Shown: piece by piece, positions 29,170 through 37,351 of the stretch | How positions within the stretch are numbered: position 1 is the first letter of the stretch | How the letters are laid out: every line of letters begins with the position of its first letter | NCBI GenBank assembly: GCA_019057475.1 | Contig: DXJO01000008.1 | Span: forward strand, 1-64,000 | Direction of reading: 5' to 3' | DNA from: Candidatus Thorarchaeota archaeon | GTDB taxonomy: Archaea > Asgardarchaeota > Thorarchaeia > Thorarchaeales > Thorarchaeaceae | DNA length: 64,000 nt | Position numbers and translations under genes: made by a program | The notes under the pieces: model-generated | The model's input: only the letters and a program-made list of their open reading frames with translations | Told to the model about the DNA's origin: nothing | Database searches by the model: none

Positions 29170-29334
29170 GAATTCCCTCCTCTCAGAGTACGAAAAACAT
29201 TGTTGAATTCAGCACGTAGGCATACTCTGTAGTGGTTCATGTTTCTTCCTCCAAGTTTCTGTCAAGTGATGATTCGAGGGGGCCTGCAGAGACGATGTAG
29301 AAGACCTTGCGAAACATGTGCTTCAAGAGAATTG

Positions 29335-31017
29335 CTAGATTCGGATGTATCCGGAATACCACAGCAGGAAGAGTGACACTAGTGACAGGATTATCATTAT
29401 GGCCATGACAATTAGGTTCGTAAACTTCTTGTCCATGAACTCTTTTTTGATTTCATCCTTGCTGACAATCCCTGCAATAGCCTTGACTGCGTCTTCACCT
29501 AGCACTGCTCCGTAGTACGCAATGCTTCGCATATGCTGCTCAAGATATGATTGAAACACTCCGGTCAAATGAGATATCCTTATGATACCAAGCACCAGGT
29601 AAAGAATGAACAAGACCGGAAACGAAATTAGAATGATGTTCGCCGTAGCAGGACTTAGCGGTTGCGCGACTATTCCGACCAATGCGCCTAGAATTGCTCC
29701 GAAACCACCGTATGTCGCGCTATAGAGAACCTGGTTTAGGCTTAGTCTCAAATTAATATCCTTGTCAGTCCAGTCCTGCAGGAATTCCATGAACTTCTGC
29801 CTTGTTTCCAAGATTGCGGATACGACCCGTTCGACATATAGATTGAAGGCTGCTTCGGCTGACTTCCTCACGGATTCGACGTTATTCAAGAAGTCTAGAA
29901 TGGACGAGGAGTTGAGTGCAACGGTCTTCCTCGACATCAGCACCTTGGCCGCGTTCATGTCGTCAAATGTCCAGTGATAGAAATCGATGACAGGTTTGAG
30001 GATATCTTCAACATGTCGACCTTCAGCTTTGACTTCTCCATCTTCAAAGACCACAATACCTTCAATGGTCTTTGCGCCGATGAATTTGATGTTCCAGCTA
30101 TTCCAGTCCCCTGTGTTTGCCCTATATGAGGCTAGAGCCAGGAGAGCATAGAGCATTTCCAAGGATTGGAATAGATCCTTAACGGCGTTGAGGTCGTCCC
30201 TTGTTTCGTCGAAATCAACCTCGAACAGGTCCGGAATCACAGCGCCTTCCTGGAGGTTGGCTGAAACGACCTGTGAGAAAAATCGGTACCTCTCATGCAT
30301 TTCTTCCAAGGGTCCCAATCTAATAACTTCAGCCTTGACCTCTTCGTCTGTCAACCAGATGTCTGTAACAATGAGGTGTCTGCTGGCTCCTGTGTATTCC
30401 AACTCACCAACCGCTAGGATTAGTTTTCCCGATCCATTCAGAGATCGAGATGCTATCTCAGTATGCCTGCTTGATTTCATATACTGCAGAAGACCATCCA
30501 CTGAAACGAATGTAAGGACCTCTGCATTAATTCCAGCGGATTCCCAGCGTTCCTTGACAAAGTCCTCAATTGGCTTCTTGGATATTGAAGTCACGACTCT
30601 CCATTCCACTCCAAGACCTGACAGCTGGCTTGAATCGTTCCTAAGCAAGTTTGCCCATTTCTGAGGCCTATGAATAGCTCGCCTGTCAACCACTGAAAGC
30701 AGCAGTTTTACTGAATCGAATCCTACAGCATCACTGATATCTTCTCTTGCCCGTGCTGACAGTGTATCGACACTGATGGCATTGAGTGTTGGAGTTAGAG
30801 AAACAGTAAGTACTATGTTTTGATCGAGTATCATGTGCGCGTTGAATTCAACGCTTAGTTCGTCCATCTCCTTGTGCAACGATAATAGCCCATCCACTTG
30901 GTCGGCTAGAGTCATGGAGTCAGCTTCAAGCACGGCTGTGAACCTCTTGTCATCTTCTGTTAGTTCGGCCCATTCAATTGCGATATACTCGCGAATCGCC
31001 TCCAGTTTCGTCATCAT
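29335..31017 (-). CDS. Hypothetical protein: large soluble N-terminus, helical region, 3 C-terminal TM helices
   Basis: 560 aa; TMs YGGFGAILGALVGIV, IILISFPVLFILYLVLGII, LIVMAIMIILSLVSLFLLW; starts 5 nt after the NdpA-like gene. Confidence 0.75.
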   Translation of the reverse strand: MMTKLEAIREYIAIEWAELTEDDKRFTAVLEADSMTLADQVDGLLSLHKEMDELSVEFNAHMILDQNIVLTVSLTPTLNAISVDTLSARAREDISDAVGFDSVKLLLSVVDRRAIHRPQKWANLLRNDSSQLSGLGVEWRVVTSISKKPIEDFVKERWESAGINAEVLTFVSVDGLLQYMKSSRHTEIASRSLNGSGKLILAVGELEYTGASRHLIVTDIWLTDEEVKAEVIRLGPLEEMHERYRFFSQVVSANLQEGAVIPDLFEVDFDETRDDLNAVKDLFQSLEMLYALLALASYRANTGDWNSWNIKFIGAKTIEGIVVFEDGEVKAEGRHVEDILKPVIDFYHWTFDDMNAAKVLMSRKTVALNSSSILDFLNNVESVRKSAEAAFNLYVERVVSAILETRQKFMEFLQDWTDKDINLRLSLNQVLYSATYGGFGAILGALVGIVAQPLSPATANIILISFPVLFILYLVLGIIRISHLTGVFQSYLEQHMRSIAYYGAVLGEDAVKAIAGIVSKDEIKKEFMDKKFTNLIVMAIMIILSLVSLFLLWYSGYIRI

Positions 31018-31022
31018 TTAGT

Positions 31023-32027
31023 TTACTCCAGTGTGAACTCCCTTACCTCTCCCTCTATGACATGTCTATGAGGTCCCATTTCGTTCTCATTGAATCTATC
31101 TGAGAAGCTTCTGAAAGACCCGAAAAGCCGAATGTCGCCAACATAGAATTTCGCTCTCAACCCGTCAACATCGTCCGCCCGCACAAGCCCTTTTAAATTC
31201 AGGTCACCTCGAACAAGATCACGTATTTGGGGTTGAGGTGTTCGTACAACTTGGGCTATGATTTCAGTCACCTGTTCCTCTTCGATGACCCTTTGCGAAT
31301 CACCTACATGACTCGAGAACGCCTCGTACAGGCTTATGCTCTGGTCCACGGGCAGTGTTCCTCCCGTTAGTTTCAAGGCAAGCCGTCTAATCTCCGCCAT
31401 CATGTCTCTGGCGTCAACTGGTGGAACGCCTCCGAGGAAGCCGTTGAAGTACTTGGAATACGAGTTCTCTTGATACACCTTCATGTAGTAGTGAGTTGGT
31501 GCGGTTGGATGTGGATATATAGCTCCCTTCTGGTGTTTTCCAGCAAGTGGCAGCTTCTCAACTAAGTGCTCTGCTGTCAGTTCCGCGTTGTCGCCCATTA
31601 ACTCGGCGTATGATTCATCCACCCATCTAAGTTTGAAGAGTCCGATATGTCTTCGCCCAGAACGTTCAAAGCGTCCGACGAATAGGACCCCCGGGTAATT
31701 TCCTCTCATCTTCTCCGTCAGATTCTGTGCCAACCATTGACCTGTGTCGCGAAACTCCTCGGATTGATCTGGAATTATGAACCGCTGCAGCTGCTCCAGT
31801 CTGGTTCTAACACTGTTTCCATATGCATCTATAGGGTCAGATAAACCATAGGCTTTCCGAGATATGGACTGGTCAACTACTTCGGAGAAGTAGTCACTAT
31901 ATGCTTCGATTATGCTAGCATCAGATAGGAGATGCGTTCCACCGTGCTGGAGATTGTCGAAATCCCTGTTCTTATCTATGTAGTGGAAGTATAGGTACTC
32001 TATGTTCAACGAGTTCTGATTGGCCAT
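31023..32027 (-). CDS. NdpA/YejK (NA37) nucleoid-associated-like protein
   Basis: IEYLYFHYID; F..TG..LA..L...M...PG.LFV......IGLFKL; LP....HQKGAI; YSKYFNGFLG. Confidence 0.7.
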   Translation of the reverse strand: MANQNSLNIEYLYFHYIDKNRDFDNLQHGGTHLLSDASIIEAYSDYFSEVVDQSISRKAYGLSDPIDAYGNSVRTRLEQLQRFIIPDQSEEFRDTGQWLAQNLTEKMRGNYPGVLFVGRFERSGRRHIGLFKLRWVDESYAELMGDNAELTAEHLVEKLPLAGKHQKGAIYPHPTAPTHYYMKVYQENSYSKYFNGFLGGVPPVDARDMMAEIRRLALKLTGGTLPVDQSISLYEAFSSHVGDSQRVIEEEQVTEIIAQVVRTPQPQIRDLVRGDLNLKGLVRADDVDGLRAKFYVGDIRLFGSFRSFSDRFNENEMGPHRHVIEGEVREFTLE

Positions 32028-32442
32028 TCATGCGCCCCCAATTGCATTCTTTCGTGTCACACACGACAGTGTCTAAATACTCAAAGAACTGTCTTATCAA
32101 CATTTCGAAGGTTCGCGAGTACCTTTTCTTATAGAATGGGATCAACCTCCAAATTGTGCAGATTCAGGGACTTCTGCTTTTCCAAGAGCAAGCTTTGGTT
32201 GACCTCCAACCAAATGGATGTTAAGCTGCCAGTGGGGACGCCCTCGTACCAAGCCAGCAGAAGAAGTTTCCCTTTCGCCCGCGGGCGGATTCTGGTCTTT
32301 AGCATCCTAGCTCCATCCGCAGACATATTGCGGGCACTCCTTTTCGTGCGAATTTGCAGCTAGACTTCTGTGCTCATATTCAAGCACAAAGATTGCATCA
32401 GGAGTCGCCAGCGTTATTAGGGCCCCCTGCAGATATGACCTA

Positions 32443-33063
32443 ATGCCAAACATCCTCAGTGCAAGGGTTCTCAATCGGTTCGCAAAGCAAGTTCCTGAAC
32501 TCAGAGAGGCACTACAAGCGGCAAGAATGGAACTAGAGCACACGATGACACCGCCATTCGAGATGCTGATCAGATCAATCGTCTACCAGCAGTTGTCAGG
32601 AAAAGCCGCACGAACAATCCACGACCGAATGCTCGAACTCATTGGCAACCTGACACCCAAATCCGTTCTCGCGAAGACGCAAGAAGAGCTTCGAAGCGTG
32701 GGTCTCTCTAGGCAGAAGGCTTCCTACCTCCACAACATAGCTGAAGCGTTCGACAAGAAGGGGTTCCTTGAGAAGTACAAGAACGCTGAATCACTTAACG
32801 GACTGTCATCAGACGAGATCGTCAAGCTCTTTGTTGACATCAAGGGCGTGGGCGAGTGGACCGTGCAGATGTACATGATATTCGCGCTCGGGCGACTTGA
32901 TGTACTGGCTCCAAATGATCTTGGTGTACGCAAGGGGGTCATGAATCTCTATGGGCTGGAGGAGATGCCGAACCCGAAACAGGTCAAGAATCTAGCTGAG
33001 AAGTGGCATCCATTGGAAACCGTTGGCACGATTCTTGCTTGGCGTGTGCTGGAATTTGAGTAG
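32443..33063 (+). CDS. alkA: DNA-3-methyladenine glycosylase II (HhH-GPD)
   Basis: SIVYQQLSGKAA, GLSRQKASY, IKGVGEWT HhH, DVL.P.DLGVRKG, W.P. Confidence 0.92.
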   Translation: MPNILSARVLNRFAKQVPELREALQAARMELEHTMTPPFEMLIRSIVYQQLSGKAARTIHDRMLELIGNLTPKSVLAKTQEELRSVGLSRQKASYLHNIAEAFDKKGFLEKYKNAESLNGLSSDEIVKLFVDIKGVGEWTVQMYMIFALGRLDVLAPNDLGVRKGVMNLYGLEEMPNPKQVKNLAEKWHPLETVGTILAWRVLEFE

Positions 33064-33176
33064 TACACATCTAGTCTGACTGATACCAGCAGGACCTCGT
33101 CTAGGGGGACTGTAGTCGCACATAGTGACTTCTTGGGGCTTACGATGATGCCAAGGGACATGGAAATATCATCTAA

Positions 33177-34289
33177 TTAATACTCAAGATGGAGAAGGTC
33201 ACCAGAATACGCATACTTCTCAAGAAGTCTTCTTGCCATACGTTCTGTTTCGCCTATGTTATAGCTAGTTTCGATATAGAGTTCATTAGTTAGCCTTTGT
33301 GGGCCTCTGAATTTCTCACCATTTTGATGGACTGGTTTGGTGTTTACCAAATATCGTATTTGACCTGTGGTTACTCTCACGGGGCAGTCCCTTTTAGTAA
33401 GATGGCCTCTTTTGATGAGCCACTCTGCAGTACAAGTAAGTATTCTATGCACACGCCCCCCTTCGAACTTTTCAGAATCAACTCGAATGATCTTTGGAGG
33501 GTTGCTTGATTTCGGTGTTTTTCTTCTGCCAGATGACATCCTTTGAGTTTCTTCCGTCATAGGCTGCATCCTTGCAAACAATGGAGTGCCTTTGTAGCGC
33601 TTAAGAAGAAAATGCTTGGTTTCCTCAACTTGAATATCAAGATCTTGAAATGACATCTTCACCTCATCTTGTAGGATTCTAGATGCTGCGAGAACCTGCC
33701 TTTCTTCATCAGCAATCAATGCCTGCCAAGTGGAATGGATTGCGCCTTGCTTCCTCTTCGTTAATTCGATCTGCCTTTCTAAATGCTCAATACTCTCACT
33801 ACGTATCTGCATCATTTTCTCAGCGCATTCTTCAGGATTCATGTCTATAAGGCTAATACTCCAAATAGGATCTCTAGACCATCCCTGAAACCTGTACAGA
33901 TTCCAGCACGCACCATCGGTCGTTATACCAAGATTGATGTCAAGGGCAATCAAATAGTCAGCCAATTGCATGGTTGCATTGGAATCAATGTCAACTCTTT
34001 CTCCAAGGCGTTTTACTTCAAATGCAAGGAGATTTGTTTTCCCCTTACTGAGAGTTATGTCAATCTCACCTTTTGAATTCTTCAGCTTCACTTCAATCTC
34101 TTTCATAGAGATGTATGGTGGAGAATTCCATCCAAGTTTGTGTAGAAGGGGAATGACGAGATTATCTCTTACATTATCCTCTCGTTTTTTGCCTTTTCTG
34201 AAATCATTGGGGCGCTGCTTGATCAACTCTCTGATTTTCCTAATCTCACCAACAAGTTCTGCTTTCAAGTTTCGGGATCTCCTAAACAA
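33177..34289 (-). CDS. HsdR-N-type PD-(D/E)xK nuclease with C-terminal putative DNA-reader domain
   Basis: EDNVRDNLVIPLLHKLGW, IDITL...FEVKR, QLADY, ITTDG..W; C-terminal RYLVNTKPVH...PQRLTNELYIETS. Confidence 0.75.
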   Translation of the reverse strand: MFRRSRNLKAELVGEIRKIRELIKQRPNDFRKGKKREDNVRDNLVIPLLHKLGWNSPPYISMKEIEVKLKNSKGEIDITLSKGKTNLLAFEVKRLGERVDIDSNATMQLADYLIALDINLGITTDGACWNLYRFQGWSRDPIWSISLIDMNPEECAEKMMQIRSESIEHLERQIELTKRKQGAIHSTWQALIADEERQVLAASRILQDEVKMSFQDLDIQVEETKHFLLKRYKGTPLFARMQPMTEETQRMSSGRRKTPKSSNPPKIIRVDSEKFEGGRVHRILTCTAEWLIKRGHLTKRDCPVRVTTGQIRYLVNTKPVHQNGEKFRGPQRLTNELYIETSYNIGETERMARRLLEKYAYSGDLLHLEY

Positions 34290-34356
34290 TGAATTCCCAA
34301 ATACGCACTAATCAGTTCAAATAGATATGTCTTATTCTTATTCAAATTTCCTTGGA

Positions 34357-34452
34357 GCGGGAACGGCCTAGGACCATCAAGGAGAATTGCATCAGACATG
34401 GAAAAAGTGTTTCCACAAGATGGACATTCTGCAACAAGCCTTGGAGATTTCA
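34357..34452 (-). pseudogene. Diverged copy of the 5' (Zn-ribbon) part of the 36368-36850 gene
   Basis: 13 differences in 96 nt vs 36724-36819; KSPRLVAECPSCGNTFSMSDAIL vs KSPELVAECPSCGDTFSMSDAVL. Confidence 0.85.
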
Positions 34453-34798
34453 GTTCTATCTCTTGATGTTGGCGGCAACCACGGTCATTACACTGGTCGC
34501 TGTAGCGTGTATCGAGGACTAATATCGAGAATCTCAGTACGGCTGCCAGAAAGACAAATATGCCGCCTAGGACTACGTTGACGGAGAGGTTAGAGGACAG
34601 TGAGCGAAGTCCCAATGTCTGGCGGTCTCGAAATTCCCGAACTGCCGAAGGAAAAGCGTCCTTGTTTCAGAAACCCGATTGTCTGTGTGGCGCTTATTAT
34701 CATTGTACCTATTGGAGGTAAGAGATGAAAAATGCCAGAGAGAAAACGCGCTTATCATGGTTTTGTTATCCCATCAAGGGTTTATGTGGGTGAGAAAA

Positions 34799-35836
34799 AT
34801 GTCATATGACGGCAGCGGTTTGACTCCCTTATTCCATGCAGAGATCTCTTCTTCACATCTTTTGTATGACATTTTCGATAAGCATAAAGCTGTTACTGCA
34901 GCTTTTATCAAAGAGTATTATGGTTTGGAGGCGGATATTCTTCTGGTAATCAGGGAGAAGTTTTATCCGAAGAAAGGCTCAATAGACTTGTTCATAACGT
35001 TCAATGCCAACGACCGCAGGTGTGCCCTTCTAATTGAAGCCAAAGTTCACGACTATTCAAGCGTAACAGATTATCAGATCAGCACTTATTATCAGGCGGT
35101 TTCAGAAGACCAAAGCTATGATGAACTCTACTTCATTTACCTGACCCAATTCAATGAAAAAACGAATTTCGATGAAACTGTGCCACCGAAGAGCCTGGTT
35201 GAAGCGGCCAGAGGTAGGGAGTTGATTGGAGAACGTTTTCTTCATCTGACCTGGGTAGATGTGCATGCGTTTCTAGAGAAACATCGAGCCAAGCTCAGCA
35301 AGGAACAGCAGCTAATGGTTGATTTGCATAGAAGTTGGATTGTAGACAAAGGGAGGACCGATTTGGCTACGAATGTAGTTGAAACAGGTGAAAGAAGCTT
35401 GGAAGATTATCTGGGTGATGTGTCGGTAGCTCTTACAGTGCTTGAACCTCTGAGGAAGAAAGTACCGAAAAAAGGGGGGCTTAGGTTGCGCATCGATTTG
35501 ACTGGATTGGATGATGCAAAACGCGATGCCGTGCTTAAGGTAATTCGCGATCTTGCCAATTCGGAATCTGTGAACCGAAAAAAGCAATTTCGGACTGATG
35601 AACTTACCCGGCAGGCTGCGGCTGATTTTTTGTCGGAAATGGCGGTCAAGTATGAATGGGATCTTCTAAGATTTTACACTGGTTTGTTTCATTTCGCTTA
35701 TGAAACGAGCTTTCTGCGGTTGTATGGAAAAGGAACCAGGGGTTTTTCAATCAAGCTGGAAGTGATTGACAAGGGCGAGATCAGCCTCTGCACGCTTTGG
35801 AGGAATAAGCTTGTTGAGTTTATGTTGAGAAGGTAA
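34799..35836 (+). CDS. PD-(D/E)xK superfamily nuclease
   Basis: E.SSS, REKFY...GSIDLFI...LLIEAKV...QISTYY, FIYLT, LTWVDV. Confidence 0.75.
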   Translation: MSYDGSGLTPLFHAEISSSHLLYDIFDKHKAVTAAFIKEYYGLEADILLVIREKFYPKKGSIDLFITFNANDRRCALLIEAKVHDYSSVTDYQISTYYQAVSEDQSYDELYFIYLTQFNEKTNFDETVPPKSLVEAARGRELIGERFLHLTWVDVHAFLEKHRAKLSKEQQLMVDLHRSWIVDKGRTDLATNVVETGERSLEDYLGDVSVALTVLEPLRKKVPKKGGLRLRIDLTGLDDAKRDAVLKVIRDLANSESVNRKKQFRTDELTRQAAADFLSEMAVKYEWDLLRFYTGLFHFAYETSFLRLYGKGTRGFSIKLEVIDKGEISLCTLWRNKLVEFMLRR

Positions 35837-35855
35837 GTATTGACCTCTTCGAGTA

Positions 35856-36365
35856 CTATCCTAGGTCAATCTCCCCCGCGGACGAAACCCGAGCCAATTG
35901 CCAGTCATAGTCCCCTCTTTCAATTGTCTTCCTGATAGATTGACGGAGTTTCCCATAACCCGGCAGTTTCGACTGGTTGGAAAGCATCACAATCTTGTCA
36001 ATACGGTCTTTCCTCGCCATTCCGGAAAACACCACACAATCCACAGGGTAAAGGAGTGCCTTGATATCTTTCGGATGATAGCTACATCCCGGGAAAGTTT
36101 CCTTGATGACCTTGCGAACCTTTCTTGCGGCAAGTCTTCGGCCCTTTTCTCTTGAAGCTTCTCTGATTTCAGACTCCTTGTCCTTGAAAGATTCCAACCT
36201 CTTATCAAACAAATCTACTCGGTGTTCGTATTCGTCAAGCCACGTTCGTGGAGTTTCTCCCTCATAGTGAAGAGTTAGATCACTAAGACGAACAATGTCG
36301 CCACAACAAGGACAGAGGCAAAGGATCGTTCGCCCATACTGGAATAGCTGAACAGGCTTAACCAC
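35856..36365 (-). CDS. Holliday-junction-resolvase-like (Endonuc_Holl) paralogue, predicted inactive
   Basis: CPCCG, coiled coil, KDIKALLYPVDCVVFSG, but the ExK motif is replaced by MLSNQS. Confidence 0.75.
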   Translation of the reverse strand: MVKPVQLFQYGRTILCLCPCCGDIVRLSDLTLHYEGETPRTWLDEYEHRVDLFDKRLESFKDKESEIREASREKGRRLAARKVRKVIKETFPGCSYHPKDIKALLYPVDCVVFSGMARKDRIDKIVMLSNQSKLPGYGKLRQSIRKTIERGDYDWQLARVSSAGEIDLG

Positions 36366-36367
36366 TG

Positions 36368-36850
36368 TCAGACCTCCTCAAAGAAGACCCTCTCCCGGTC
36401 TATTGCCTCGAATACCATCTTCTGGTGCCGATTTGCACGAGCTTGTCCAGTCTTAATCTCCAAGAAGGTAATCGAATCAACTTTGGATTGCGTCAAACCT
36501 TTGAAGATAATAACGTCAATCGGGTCGAATAGGGCACGGCAGTCAGCAGTTTCATAGCTGAATCCTTCGAGCACGGGGACAATGTGCTCAATCATCTGTC
36601 CGATGTTCACCGCTTCCGCTGTCTTAGCAGCCCTTTTAGTAGCCCTGTCCTTCTTCTTTTTCAAGTCATCATGAGAATCTATTAGATCTTGCTCACGCTC
36701 ATCTCTTCTACCTTCAGCTTCGGGCGGGAACGGTTTTGTCCCATCAAAGAGAACCGCATCAGACATAGAAAAAGTGTCTCCACAAGATGGACATTCTGCA
36801 ACGAGCTCTGGAGATTTCATCGAACGAATTAGGCGCTCCATTTTACACAT
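36368..36850 (-). CDS. Holliday-junction-resolvase-like (Endonuc_Holl) nuclease
   Basis: CPSCG, GQMIEHIVP, DCRALFDPIDVIIFKG, FLEIKTG, Q..V. Confidence 0.85.
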   Translation of the reverse strand: MCKMERLIRSMKSPELVAECPSCGDTFSMSDAVLFDGTKPFPPEAEGRRDEREQDLIDSHDDLKKKKDRATKRAAKTAEAVNIGQMIEHIVPVLEGFSYETADCRALFDPIDVIIFKGLTQSKVDSITFLEIKTGQARANRHQKMVFEAIDRERVFFEEV

Positions 36851-36884
36851 CCTCCTCTAGCCTGAGTCCTCCTCTGTATTAACT

Positions 36885-37052
36885 CTTGATGCGCCTGTTC
36901 CAAATGACCTTGGTGTACGCAAGGGAGTCATGAATCTCTATGGACTGGACGAGATGCCGACCCCGAAACAGGTCAAGAATCTGGCTAAGAAGTGGCATCC
37001 ATTGGAGACCGTTGGCACAGTTCTTGCCTGGCGTGTGCTGGAGTCTGAGTAG
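36885..37052 (+). pseudogene. Duplicated 3' end of alkA
   Basis: Aligns with 32896-33063 through the TAG; 13 differences in the last 153 nt, 8 of them synonymous. Confidence 0.92.
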
Positions 37053-37351
37053 GTCGCTATTGGCTCTATTAATCTGGCACATGGGTGACCAATGTGTTGT
37101 CCGGCCGTTGTTGAGATGGAATCCTTCCATGCGCTAGGAGTTCTTGGACAGACACAGGTATTCACTTTGATTCGCTATTCGCTGAAATCTCCTAACTTGG
37201 ACCACCTGTGCTGATTTATAAGTAAGCAGAGCTACAATTTGGGGCGTGCTGCGAGGGAGATTATAAACAGCGTCGTTACATCGATTTCATTTAACTGGAC
37301 TTGCATGAGCAGACCTCGACCGCGTTCGTCGCAGCGGAGGAGAGAGTGTTC

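Larger units (their letters stand above)
21010..37052. mobile_element. Accessory/defence island (no integrase seen)
   Basis: TBP paralogues, Type I R-M, several PD-(D/E)xK genes, gene fragments, diverged direct repeats and AT-richer segments between nrdD and the alkA 3' duplicate. Confidence 0.55.

Noticed and set aside
32100-32440. Possible gene between the NdpA-like gene and alkA
   Set aside because: No frame gives a recognisable protein
21010-37052. Provirus or integrative element with its own recombinase
   Set aside because: No tyrosine or serine recombinase, transposase, capsid or replication gene recognised, and no tRNA att site
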